Assembly (NCBI RefSeq): GCF_000039765.1
Contig: NC_004459.3
Coordinates: 60,001 to 92,000, forward strand
DNA: 32,000 nt
Source of the DNA: Vibrio vulnificus CMCP6
GTDB lineage: Bacteria; Pseudomonadota; Gammaproteobacteria; Enterobacterales; Vibrionaceae
Reading direction: 5' to 3'
Numbering within the stretch: the stretch's first letter is position 1; every line of letters begins with the position of its first letter. Under the pieces are notes generated by a model, which searched no databases, was not told where the DNA came from, and saw only the letters and a program-made list of their open reading frames with translations. The position numbers were made by a program, and so were the translations under genes. Positions 24,908 through 32,000 of the stretch are shown piece after piece.

Positions 24908-25350
24908 CTACTCATCATCGTCGTCAGATTGTGCGTCGATTAGCTTTCTGCAGTCGTCAAGCCAGTCGCTGAGCTCTCCGACGCTGAGGCTTCTGAGCTC
25001 GGTGAGTGAGACTCCATTGCTGAATCGGGAAAGAGCAAGGCACATCTGGCGGCATACTGAGGCAGTGGCAATAGGAAACAGTCGTAACCCTTTCCCAACT
25101 GGGTATAGTCGTAGTACTCCAGTTGGCCGATAAACTCTCGAGTGGTACCTGTTAGCGCCGCAAACAGATGCATCTCTGCTTCTGCTTCATTCATGTGGCT
25201 TGAACCATCGGCCAGAACTCGAGTCGCGTGGTGTTGAGACAGAATGACATCGTTCGTCGTTGGAGGTCGCATCGTCAGTTGAGTCAACTCCTTACCATCA
25301 AACTCTTTGGCCACTTGCAGCACAATGTTAATCGGTAGATATTTGTTCAT
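24908..25350 (-). CDS. tail assembly chaperone E and E+E' (programmed -1 frameshift product, 147 aa predicted)
   Basis: E ORF 24940..25350; slippery GGGAAAG at 25090..25096 in frame G|GGA|AAG; the -1 frame stays open to a TAG at 24908..24910. Confidence 0.82.
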
Positions 25351-25359
25351 GGTTACCTC

Positions 25360-25875
25360 TTAAATTCCCAATGCCGCGTTAATGCCGGCGCGACGGTCAA
25401 CGCCGCCAATCTCTTCTTTACCGCTGATCAGATCGATATCTGCCAAGACTTCACCTTTGTATTCCATCTTGAGTTTGGTCCAGGTGATTTTGCAGCTGAC
25501 TTCGGTCAGCTTCTTGCGCTCGAGCTCGCCCAAGTCAATACCAATCACACGGCCATAGATCTGCACTTTCATCGCATCAACTTCCGCACCAGAGCCTTTG
25601 TAAGCAGCGCGGAAAGTAAAGGGCTTTTCGTTGCCCGAGGTCAGGCCAAACAGCTTAATGGTGCTTGGGTTTGGTTCTGCCAGGGTAACTTCGACGTCTT
25701 CCGTTTCAATAGTTCCCATATCAATTTTGATTGGGCCAACCATGCCGCCTGCAATGTACTCTTCCACCACGCGAGTGAGCGGTGGCAGCTTAACTTTCGG
25801 TACTAGGCCAATCATGCCGACGCCATCTTGATACCAAGCGTAATCGACCAACATCTTTGGAGTTCTGCGTTCCAT
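25360..25875 (-). CDS. major tail tube protein (P2 FII-like)
   Basis: VDYAWYQDGVGMIGLVPKVKLPPLTRVVEEYIAGGMVGPIKIDMG. Confidence 0.92.
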   Translation of the reverse strand: MERRTPKMLVDYAWYQDGVGMIGLVPKVKLPPLTRVVEEYIAGGMVGPIKIDMGTIETEDVEVTLAEPNPSTIKLFGLTSGNEKPFTFRAAYKGSGAEVDAMKVQIYGRVIGIDLGELERKKLTEVSCKITWTKLKMEYKGEVLADIDLISGKEEIGGVDRRAGINAALGI

Positions 25876-25886
25876 TGTGATTGTCC

Positions 25887-27047
25887 TTATTTGAAGATCA
25901 CGTCAGCGTAATCGTTGGTGAAATGGCTCGTTACGTGAATCGCCTGTGCAAGACCTGGCGGTGTGAAGTCGTAATCGAGATAGAAATTTCCTGAAATGAT
26001 CACTTCAGGCGGGTTGAGGTCTGGGTCTGCCCACGCCTTGGCACCGTACATGTGCCCCGCACGCGTTTCACCATCGAGACCGTTCTGCACCGACTCGACG
26101 ACATCTTCAACGAATGTGGTGAGGATCTTGCGGTCTCGTGCCCATTTCAGGCCAGCAGTGACCATATCCAGAACCATGTCATTTACCCGAACATGGGCGT
26201 TGAACTGCCATTTCGGATCATCACTGCAGCTTAGGTTCCCCCATAGGCGCAAACCGTCATCGTTGATGATGGTCGTGATTTGGTTTTCGTTCAGCAGGTG
26301 AGATAGACAGTTCGTGTCACCGTCTGCGTAGTCGATGGGGAACTCTGTGCCAAGCGCACCGTTAATACGCAGATTGGAGATTGACGCACTGTAGCCGTAG
26401 TTTGGGTCTTGGTCTTTTTGGATCTCAACGCCCAGAGCAAACGCGGACATTGGTACCAGTTCATCGAACTTGTTGCGAACTCTTGGCCAGAACAGCTCTA
26501 AACGGCGATCGCCCCACAGTTGACGATACGCCACGGCATCTTCGTAAGTGCTTCCAGGGCAGTCCGCAAAGACTTTGCAGCGCAAACGGGTCGCGATAGG
26601 CAAGAGCGCGGTCAGCACCGATTGGTTATGCGAATAACCAGCGACAGTCAGCAGGCGAGGGCGTTTGCCCGTAATCGCCTGCACATCGAGAATCGCCTCA
26701 ATACCTTGTTTTTCGCCCGTTGCTGGATCAACGCCACCAATGATATTGGCGATGGTTGCCGCTTCATCGGCGCCTTCTTCAACACGAATCACGCAGATTG
26801 AGCAGCGCTTTTGGTCGTAGACACTTGCCATGAAGTTCGGCAGGGTTCCCGCCTTATTGCCCACCATATCCAGTTTGGCCAACTTGTGTGGGTTGCCAGC
26901 AATCAGGATAGGTTTTTTAGCAGGGAAAACAGAAGGGTCTGCATCAGGAGCGGTTCCGACAACCACCGCAAAGGAGGTGTCTGCCATGAGCATTGGGCGC
27001 ACGCCGCTTTCGTCTGTAGACCCGAAGATGCCATGTTTAAATGCCAT
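25887..27047 (-). CDS. tail sheath protein (P2 FI-like)
   Basis: 386 aa; GIFGSTDESGVRP..., YSANSNQ-like sheath C-terminal domain, LNLVFK-like end; upstream of the tube gene. Confidence 0.92.
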   Translation of the reverse strand: MAFKHGIFGSTDESGVRPMLMADTSFAVVVGTAPDADPSVFPAKKPILIAGNPHKLAKLDMVGNKAGTLPNFMASVYDQKRCSICVIRVEEGADEAATIANIIGGVDPATGEKQGIEAILDVQAITGKRPRLLTVAGYSHNQSVLTALLPIATRLRCKVFADCPGSTYEDAVAYRQLWGDRRLELFWPRVRNKFDELVPMSAFALGVEIQKDQDPNYGYSASISNLRINGALGTEFPIDYADGDTNCLSHLLNENQITTIINDDGLRLWGNLSCSDDPKWQFNAHVRVNDMVLDMVTAGLKWARDRKILTTFVEDVVESVQNGLDGETRAGHMYGAKAWADPDLNPPEVIISGNFYLDYDFTPPGLAQAIHVTSHFTNDYADVIFK

Positions 27048-27113
27048 GGTTGGGTTCCTCTTGTAGAAAGAAAACTCACCTTCAGCGGCATCATTGAGTT
27101 TTTATGGTAGGTG

Positions 27114-27470
27114 TTATTGAAGTTGTTGGGAGGGATTCCCTGGCTGGCGCGGGGTTTCTTGTTCGTCGGCCCGAATGGCGCCTTGGAATTTGACTTGGCG
27201 GATTTTCAGCGCGTCAGCGGTGTGGTTGCTGATGCGGTAGATTTTCCGCGCACCCTCTTCCAAGGCTTCGGCCATGGTGAACAGATTGCTCAACATGGCG
27301 CTTTTGGTGAAGGGGATGACCCCTTTCACCGTGAGCACTTTGCCTTTGCTGCCTGTTTCAGCCTGATCGGTTGCGGATGTCTGGCCGGACATATCTTGTC
27401 CGGCGAGTTACTGACGTACGCTGACGGTCAGGTTGTTAAGGGTGAGCTGGGTTCCGGATAGGGTTAGCAT
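27114..27470 (-). pseudogene. small baseplate/tail complex protein interrupted by one in-frame TAA (27408..27410)
   Basis: A 5' extension from ATG 27470 (SD AGGAA) reads MLTLSGTQLTLNNLTVSVRQ*LAGQDMSGQTSATDQAETGSKGKVLTVKG in one frame. The ORF track shows only the part after the stop. Confidence 0.65.
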
Positions 27471-27479
27471 ATAGATTCC

Positions 27480-29810
27480 TTAGCTAAGTTCCCTAACATT
27501 CCAATAATACGAACTCCCATCTTCAGATGTAGATTTTATAGCCAACACTATCGAACCAACAGAAGGATTTATAGTTCCACCTTTAACAATAACTCTACCT
27601 TGACCGCTCCCATTAGTAAAAGATGTAAACTCATCCTCAATCCTTATTGATATCATCTTATCTTTAATATCATTATCTTTGATGTTATTAATATTTGTAT
27701 TGGTTGTATTTGCTGTTTTAAATGTCTTTGATGAGTTTTTTAATATTGGTGATGTATTGTTTACATCAAGCGTCAGAGTTGTACTGTAATTAATTTTCCC
27801 AACAACCACATCATCACCTAATAATGGTCGCTGTGTCTTATCCTTCGCATAAACATCAAATAATGTATTATTTTTAATTACTCCAGTACCTATTTTAACT
27901 TCACTATCGAGTATTATATCTTCCGAATAAACTCCATAGTTATTCAAACTTATATCAACAGTTCCTATAATGACAGATAAAACCGCCCCACCACCTAATT
28001 GCTCAACGAATAGTCCCTTGTCATTTTCCGATAGTTTTGCTACACCAATAGTGTTCCGCTTAGTTGATTTATTTGAATCTGATGAATATAAATACAGACC
28101 TGACGCGCCATTTCCCTTACTATTAATTACCGCCGTTGTGCTATCATTATTGTTAATAAATGCCCAACCGTGCACAGCATTATTGTCAGCATCTATGGTA
28201 CCAAATGTCATGTTGTGCGTTTCTTCAGCTTTTCCTCCATTAACACCGTTCTCGTTTGTTTTTACTAAAGTAACAGTACCGTTCATGCACGTTCTTTCAA
28301 AAAGTGCTCCATTGCTGGCATTATTAAATCCTATGGCAGACAATAAGCTGAAGTTGTCCACATTGGACATTCTCAGTCCATGATTAAATTCTGAGCCATC
28401 GCCGCGCATCTCAACACATGACCAGTTTCTAGTTGGCTTACCCCCTAACAAATCGCCATCCACAGAGACGCCTATTTGTCGCGATCCTTTCGAAAATAGC
28501 CTTCCAGCATTAAAATCGGTACATGCATAAAACCCGATCCCCCCTGTATGCGCATCCAATGCAGTCACATTCCCCAAAGAGAATTCTTCACATTCTTGTA
28601 GACCTAACAAGAAAAAGTCGGCAAATGTTCCTGATGACAATCCTTCGTTTTCCTTTTTGTTTCCATCTAGCAACACATCACCCAATAAAGAAAACTTACT
28701 GCACCCATGCATCTTAATTAAAGGCTTATTTTGATTTGCAGCAAGTTTAAGCTTAGCATTCTGGTGAAAAAGAATATTAAACCCAGACAAACCAACAACA
28801 GCCGTATAATTAATCCCTGATATCTCATCGTCTATTTCTAAAATTGCTCCTGACGCAGCTGAATACTGAATAGCTGACAATAAGTCACCTGGCCAACCTC
28901 GAAAATTAAAACCATTTATTCTATCTTTTCTTTTCGGTCTCAAATCACTCACCGAGCCATCTGCCAACACCTGAGCAATCTTACAGACAAAGTGCTTGAC
29001 GCCATTTGCATCGGTGTAATCATCTTTCTCTTCGGCTGTCACCACTAAATCGAACAGGGTAACTTGCTCGCCTGTTGGTGTGCCTTTGCGGTGCGCGTCT
29101 ACGTAGATGAACGATGGTTTGTTAGGTACTTGAACATTGCGGTCAAATTCGAGTGTGACACGATTGCCCGACACATAACCGGCACCCGCTTTGATGTTGA
29201 ATGCACTCACTTGAGGCGTGACCAAGAAGCCGTCTTCGATAAACCAATCTTTGCCGTTCTGGTCGATGATGGCTTGGGCGACTCGCTCATCGGATTTCGA
29301 AACTTGTGTATTCACGTAGTTTCGACTCGCCGTAATCACATTCGGATTAATCTGAACAATCGGCTCTGCACTGGTGATCACAAACGTCATTTCAAGTGAC
29401 ACTGGATTGTTCAACTGACCATTATTGACAGGGCTAGGAACATAGATACGAGCGCAGTTTCCAATCGCATGAAAATATTCTTGACCGTTAAAAGTCGCGA
29501 CGGCAGCAAATTCTCGAATAACGACATCATGAATATCATCAGGTAACAGAGCTTCTACTGTCAGAATCGGGACGGAGTCCGGTGTTGCTTGCAAAACATC
29601 AACTGAGTTGACCGGAAGACGATACAGCTCATTGACCAGTGACTGGGATTTTCTGTCGGGCTGTACATAGGTGTCGTTGGCATCACCGAATGCAATGTGA
29701 GTGAACTCAACGGGCTTTTTCAGCATTTTGCCGTTTTGCTCAGCAGACTCACCTAATACCGTTAAAATCGATCCATATTGCTGTTCGCTTTCAGGAACTA
29801 AATCTGCCAT
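27480..29810 (-). CDS. tail fibre/tailspike with DUF3751-like N-terminal domain and probable beta-helix C-terminal domain
   Basis: N-terminal GSILTVLGESAEQNGKMLKKPVEFTHIAFGD...; from ~residue 300, repetitive GFN, GNV and GTI beta-helix-like rungs. Confidence 0.85.
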   Translation of the reverse strand: MADLVPESEQQYGSILTVLGESAEQNGKMLKKPVEFTHIAFGDANDTYVQPDRKSQSLVNELYRLPVNSVDVLQATPDSVPILTVEALLPDDIHDVVIREFAAVATFNGQEYFHAIGNCARIYVPSPVNNGQLNNPVSLEMTFVITSAEPIVQINPNVITASRNYVNTQVSKSDERVAQAIIDQNGKDWFIEDGFLVTPQVSAFNIKAGAGYVSGNRVTLEFDRNVQVPNKPSFIYVDAHRKGTPTGEQVTLFDLVVTAEEKDDYTDANGVKHFVCKIAQVLADGSVSDLRPKRKDRINGFNFRGWPGDLLSAIQYSAASGAILEIDDEISGINYTAVVGLSGFNILFHQNAKLKLAANQNKPLIKMHGCSKFSLLGDVLLDGNKKENEGLSSGTFADFFLLGLQECEEFSLGNVTALDAHTGGIGFYACTDFNAGRLFSKGSRQIGVSVDGDLLGGKPTRNWSCVEMRGDGSEFNHGLRMSNVDNFSLLSAIGFNNASNGALFERTCMNGTVTLVKTNENGVNGGKAEETHNMTFGTIDADNNAVHGWAFINNNDSTTAVINSKGNGASGLYLYSSDSNKSTKRNTIGVAKLSENDKGLFVEQLGGGAVLSVIIGTVDISLNNYGVYSEDIILDSEVKIGTGVIKNNTLFDVYAKDKTQRPLLGDDVVVGKINYSTTLTLDVNNTSPILKNSSKTFKTANTTNTNINNIKDNDIKDKMISIRIEDEFTSFTNGSGQGRVIVKGGTINPSVGSIVLAIKSTSEDGSSYYWNVRELS

Positions 29811-29814
29811 GTTT

Positions 29815-30465
29815 TTACTCCAAAACTAACGGAAGCGGCCCAGAGCGGACCACGACAGCAACGCGAGACAAACACGCCATCGCGCTGCTGGATGAACTCA
29901 CCATGGAACTGATTTTCCAAGGGCCGGAACGGACTTGCAGGGCTTGCCTGCTCATCGAAATGTGTTTTTCAGGGTTCTCTACCCGACTCTTAATCGATAC
30001 ACCGACCAAACGACTGCGGGTATTTTTTGAATGTTGAATGGCTCGAACAATTTCAGGAACGGTAGACGCATCCACTGGCGATTGTTCAGAAATTAAGTCG
30101 ACACGGAACTGACCTGGAATGAGATTTTCTTCATCTTCAAACCACTCCACCGCTTTGAGCGAGTCGGCACGAATAGCTTCAATGCTCTTATCAATCGCGT
30201 AGCGGGTACCTTTATAAATATGAATATCTAGTGCAGTGGCACAAACTCGACGTTTCGTTTCAATCGGCCAACTGTCATCCCAGTCATCGACAGAAAGCTC
30301 CCATGCCAAATAAGGCAGAAGATCCTCTCGGCACGCCCACGGATTGAGAAAATCGCGAATATCGCGCTCAATCAAGCCAATCTCTTCCCAAAATATCTGC
30401 TCTAAGACGCGCTCAAGCTTTGAAGCTGAAGGCGGTAAAGTCGTTACGAATTCGCCATTCATCAT
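29815..30465 (-). CDS. tail protein I (P2 gpI-like)
   Basis: LPPSASKLERVLEQ...PWACREDLLPYLAWELSVDDWD. Confidence 0.92.
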   Translation of the reverse strand: MMNGEFVTTLPPSASKLERVLEQIFWEEIGLIERDIRDFLNPWACREDLLPYLAWELSVDDWDDSWPIETKRRVCATALDIHIYKGTRYAIDKSIEAIRADSLKAVEWFEDEENLIPGQFRVDLISEQSPVDASTVPEIVRAIQHSKNTRSRLVGVSIKSRVENPEKHISMSRQALQVRSGPWKISSMVSSSSSAMACLSRVAVVVRSGPLPLVLE

Positions 30466-31322
30466 GCACCTGCCTTTCTCACCACAATTTCATAGCAATA
30501 TGGCGCTTGCGATTTGGAGCAGGCGATCTCTTCCTGCGGGGCAATCAGCTCAACTTTTGAAACAGGTTGGTAAACGCTGTCTACACTGTCGCGCTTTACG
30601 TGGGCAGCAGCGTAAATGGCGGAAAACGAGACATCGCCACCCAAGCGGTGTGCATCATCTGCCAACTTTTGTAAACGCTGCTGTGCCAACTGGAGCGTTT
30701 GTTGCTCGCCAGGGCCAGTCGGCATATGCAGGGCAACTTCTATTCGGTAACGGGAAATTTCAGCAGGTAGCACAAATAGCCGATCGCTTAATGGCCTTTT
30801 GGTTTGCGCATCGAGGTTGTCAAAAACAATCTGGCAGAGCTCTGGTGTCGCCACACCCTCATCTTTACGACTGAGGATATAAAGGTGAATTTGCAGATCA
30901 ATGGGGTTAAGCGGGAAAGCATCGAGCACATCTTCATGGGCATTCAAAGCGTGGAAAATATAAGCGCCATCTGGCCCTGCAGTACTGAATCCTTCCGGTG
31001 CCATCTGAACGCGGCGGCGATATTGCTCATCCGTTTCAGTGTCATATTTTTCAACTGGGCGAGCAGCGCCTAAGTGCTGTAAATTCGCGCCACCGGAAAA
31101 TGCCACCATGTTATCCAAGCTCATGTCTTGGAATTCTTGCCTAGCACGTGTCACTTCTTCAGACATAGCGGAAAAAGCGTTGTAGAGTGGGTCTCCCACT
31201 TTTGGAGCATCGATACCCATCAGCTGCGCATAGCGATTAAGCATGCGCGCTCGAATGCTTGCTGCATCGAGTTGTTTCACCACTTCCGGTGGCGGTAGCT
31301 GAGGAATTTCAATCTGACTCAA
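30462..31322 (-). CDS. baseplate assembly protein J
   Basis: ARMLNRYAQLMGIDAPKVGDPLYNAFSAMSEEV...YRRRVQMAPEGFSTAGPDGAYIFHAL. Confidence 0.92.
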   Translation of the reverse strand: MSQIEIPQLPPPEVVKQLDAASIRARMLNRYAQLMGIDAPKVGDPLYNAFSAMSEEVTRARQEFQDMSLDNMVAFSGGANLQHLGAARPVEKYDTETDEQYRRRVQMAPEGFSTAGPDGAYIFHALNAHEDVLDAFPLNPIDLQIHLYILSRKDEGVATPELCQIVFDNLDAQTKRPLSDRLFVLPAEISRYRIEVALHMPTGPGEQQTLQLAQQRLQKLADDAHRLGGDVSFSAIYAAAHVKRDSVDSVYQPVSKVELIAPQEEIACSKSQAPYCYEIVVRKAGA

Positions 31323-31666
31323 ACTCGAAGCCCTGTGATGCGCTCAACGCTGCCATCAAACAGCAACGTTACGTCTAACGAAATGGAGACACTATTCTCA
31401 CCGCGCTCCAACCAAACCTTGTTGAGTTTTAGCTCGTCAACAAAGCCATTGGGAGGGTGTGCCAGCATCTCAGCGATATCGGCATAGATATCCATTTCAA
31501 GTTCTGGCGTGATATTGCGGTCCACTCGTTCAGGGAGATTTGAGCCAAAACTGCGATTAAGGGGCACGGTTCGGCGACGAGTTCGCATGCAACGCTGAAT
31601 GCGCTGCCTCAATTCTTCTACACCTGTGATGAGCTCACCTGTGGTTTCATGAATTCCGGTTGCCAT
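31319..31666 (-). CDS. baseplate wedge protein W (gpW/gp25-like)
   Basis: ELITGVEELRQRIQRCMRTRRRTVPLNRSFGSNLPERVD. Confidence 0.92.
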   Translation of the reverse strand: MATGIHETTGELITGVEELRQRIQRCMRTRRRTVPLNRSFGSNLPERVDRNITPELEMDIYADIAEMLAHPPNGFVDELKLNKVWLERGENSVSISLDVTLLFDGSVERITGLRV

Positions 31667-31669
31667 GAT

Positions 31670-31957
31670 TTACCCTGCGAAAACGTTGGGAGAACCTGCC
31701 GCGACAGCAGAGCCACAATCGACACTGTCGCCAATTCGTGCCAGTGCCTGACCATTCACAAACACTGTAGAGCTGCCTGTGGCTTGAGTTCCTGCGTGGC
31801 AGGAAGGAGAAGGATTACAGTGAACCGCCCATGAATCACCCACTCTTAACGCAGGCTTACCGTTTATAAAGACGTTACCGCTGCCGCTTGTTGATGTGCG
31901 AGGTGGAAAGGCGCCGTGTCCTGTACAACCGTCACCCTGTCGGGATGCTGCTGGCAT
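31670..31957 (-). CDS. PAAR-domain spike-tip protein
   Basis: MPAASRQGDGCTGHGAFPPRTSTSGSGNVFINGKPALRVGDSWAVHCN...; glycine-rich PAAR repeats. Confidence 0.9.
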   Translation of the reverse strand: MPAASRQGDGCTGHGAFPPRTSTSGSGNVFINGKPALRVGDSWAVHCNPSPSCHAGTQATGSSTVFVNGQALARIGDSVDCGSAVAAGSPNVFAG

Positions 31958-32000
31958 GCATGTACTCCTCAAGCTTTTGTTTACCTGAACTGTAATCGTG

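Larger units (their letters stand above)
8446..32000. mobile_element. P2-like contractile-tail prophage integrated at tRNA-Pro; left end here, right end outside the window
   Basis: int/xis adjacent to the tRNA 3' end, early operon, CI-type repressor, and a tail/baseplate module in P2-like order. The attL crossover was not defined. Confidence 0.93.

Noticed and set aside
22990-25133. + strand ORFs opposite the tape measure gene (22990..23262, 23509..23964, 24187..24405, 24690..25133)
   Set aside because: Antisense to a continuous 708-aa tape measure CDS and the E' region; low-complexity composition and no domain.
9226-27410. Genetic recoding (stop reassignment) as an explanation for both in-frame stops
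   Set aside because: The two stops differ (TGA and TAA) and all other long genes use standard stops; two independent lesions are more likely. No suppressor tRNA was seen in the window.
29064-31073. + strand ORFs opposite the tailspike, gpI and gpJ genes
   Set aside because: Antisense shadows of well-supported tail and baseplate genes.
8446-32000. CRISPR arrays, retrons, diversity-generating retroelements or toxin-antitoxin pairs
   Set aside because: No regularly spaced repeats, reverse transcriptase motif (e.g. YxDD context) or recognisable toxin-antitoxin pair was seen in the six-frame track or by eye. The tailspike has no template-repeat pair.

Overview
The left ~8.2 kb (+ strand) is the downstream part of an aryl-polyene-type (APE) fatty-acid/polyene cluster. 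It runs: ammonia-lyase C-terminus, acyl-CoA thioesterase, LolA-like protein, MMPL exporter, DUF3261 lipoprotein, ketosynthase, hotdog dehydratase, FabG-type reductase, ketosynthase. It ends at a terminator and is followed by a complete tRNA-Pro(GGG) at 8369..8445. From just after the tRNA to the right edge is one P2-like, Vibrio-type contractile-tail prophage, cut off at 32000. Its modules are int/xis, an early operon (PadR/AphA-like regulator, HNH protein, 3'-5' exonuclease, Toprim/P-loop primase-helicase, a second tyrosine recombinase, CII-like and RHH-like regulators), a CI-type repressor on +, a second XRE regulator, an uncharacterised 443-aa membrane/coiled-coil ORF, and a tail/baseplate module (D, X, U, T, E/E', FII, FI, small baseplate protein, tailspike, I, J, W, PAAR). 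The main points for follow-up are: (1) the 443-aa ORF between the late operon and the repressor region; (2) an AphA/PadR-like regulator at the end of the early operon; (3) a GGGAAAG -1 frameshift joining E to an unlisted E' ORF; (4) two genes split by single in-frame stops (integrase TGA, baseplate gene TAA), suggesting a decaying or locked prophage; (5) a promoter/terminator pair with no CDS in the early control region; (6) a swapped beta-helix tailspike domain; (7) a second, catalytically complete tyrosine recombinase. I did not find a clearly multi-gene novel system, and the 443-aa ORF is the best single-gene candidate. Family names come from reading the proteins by eye; no database search was run.
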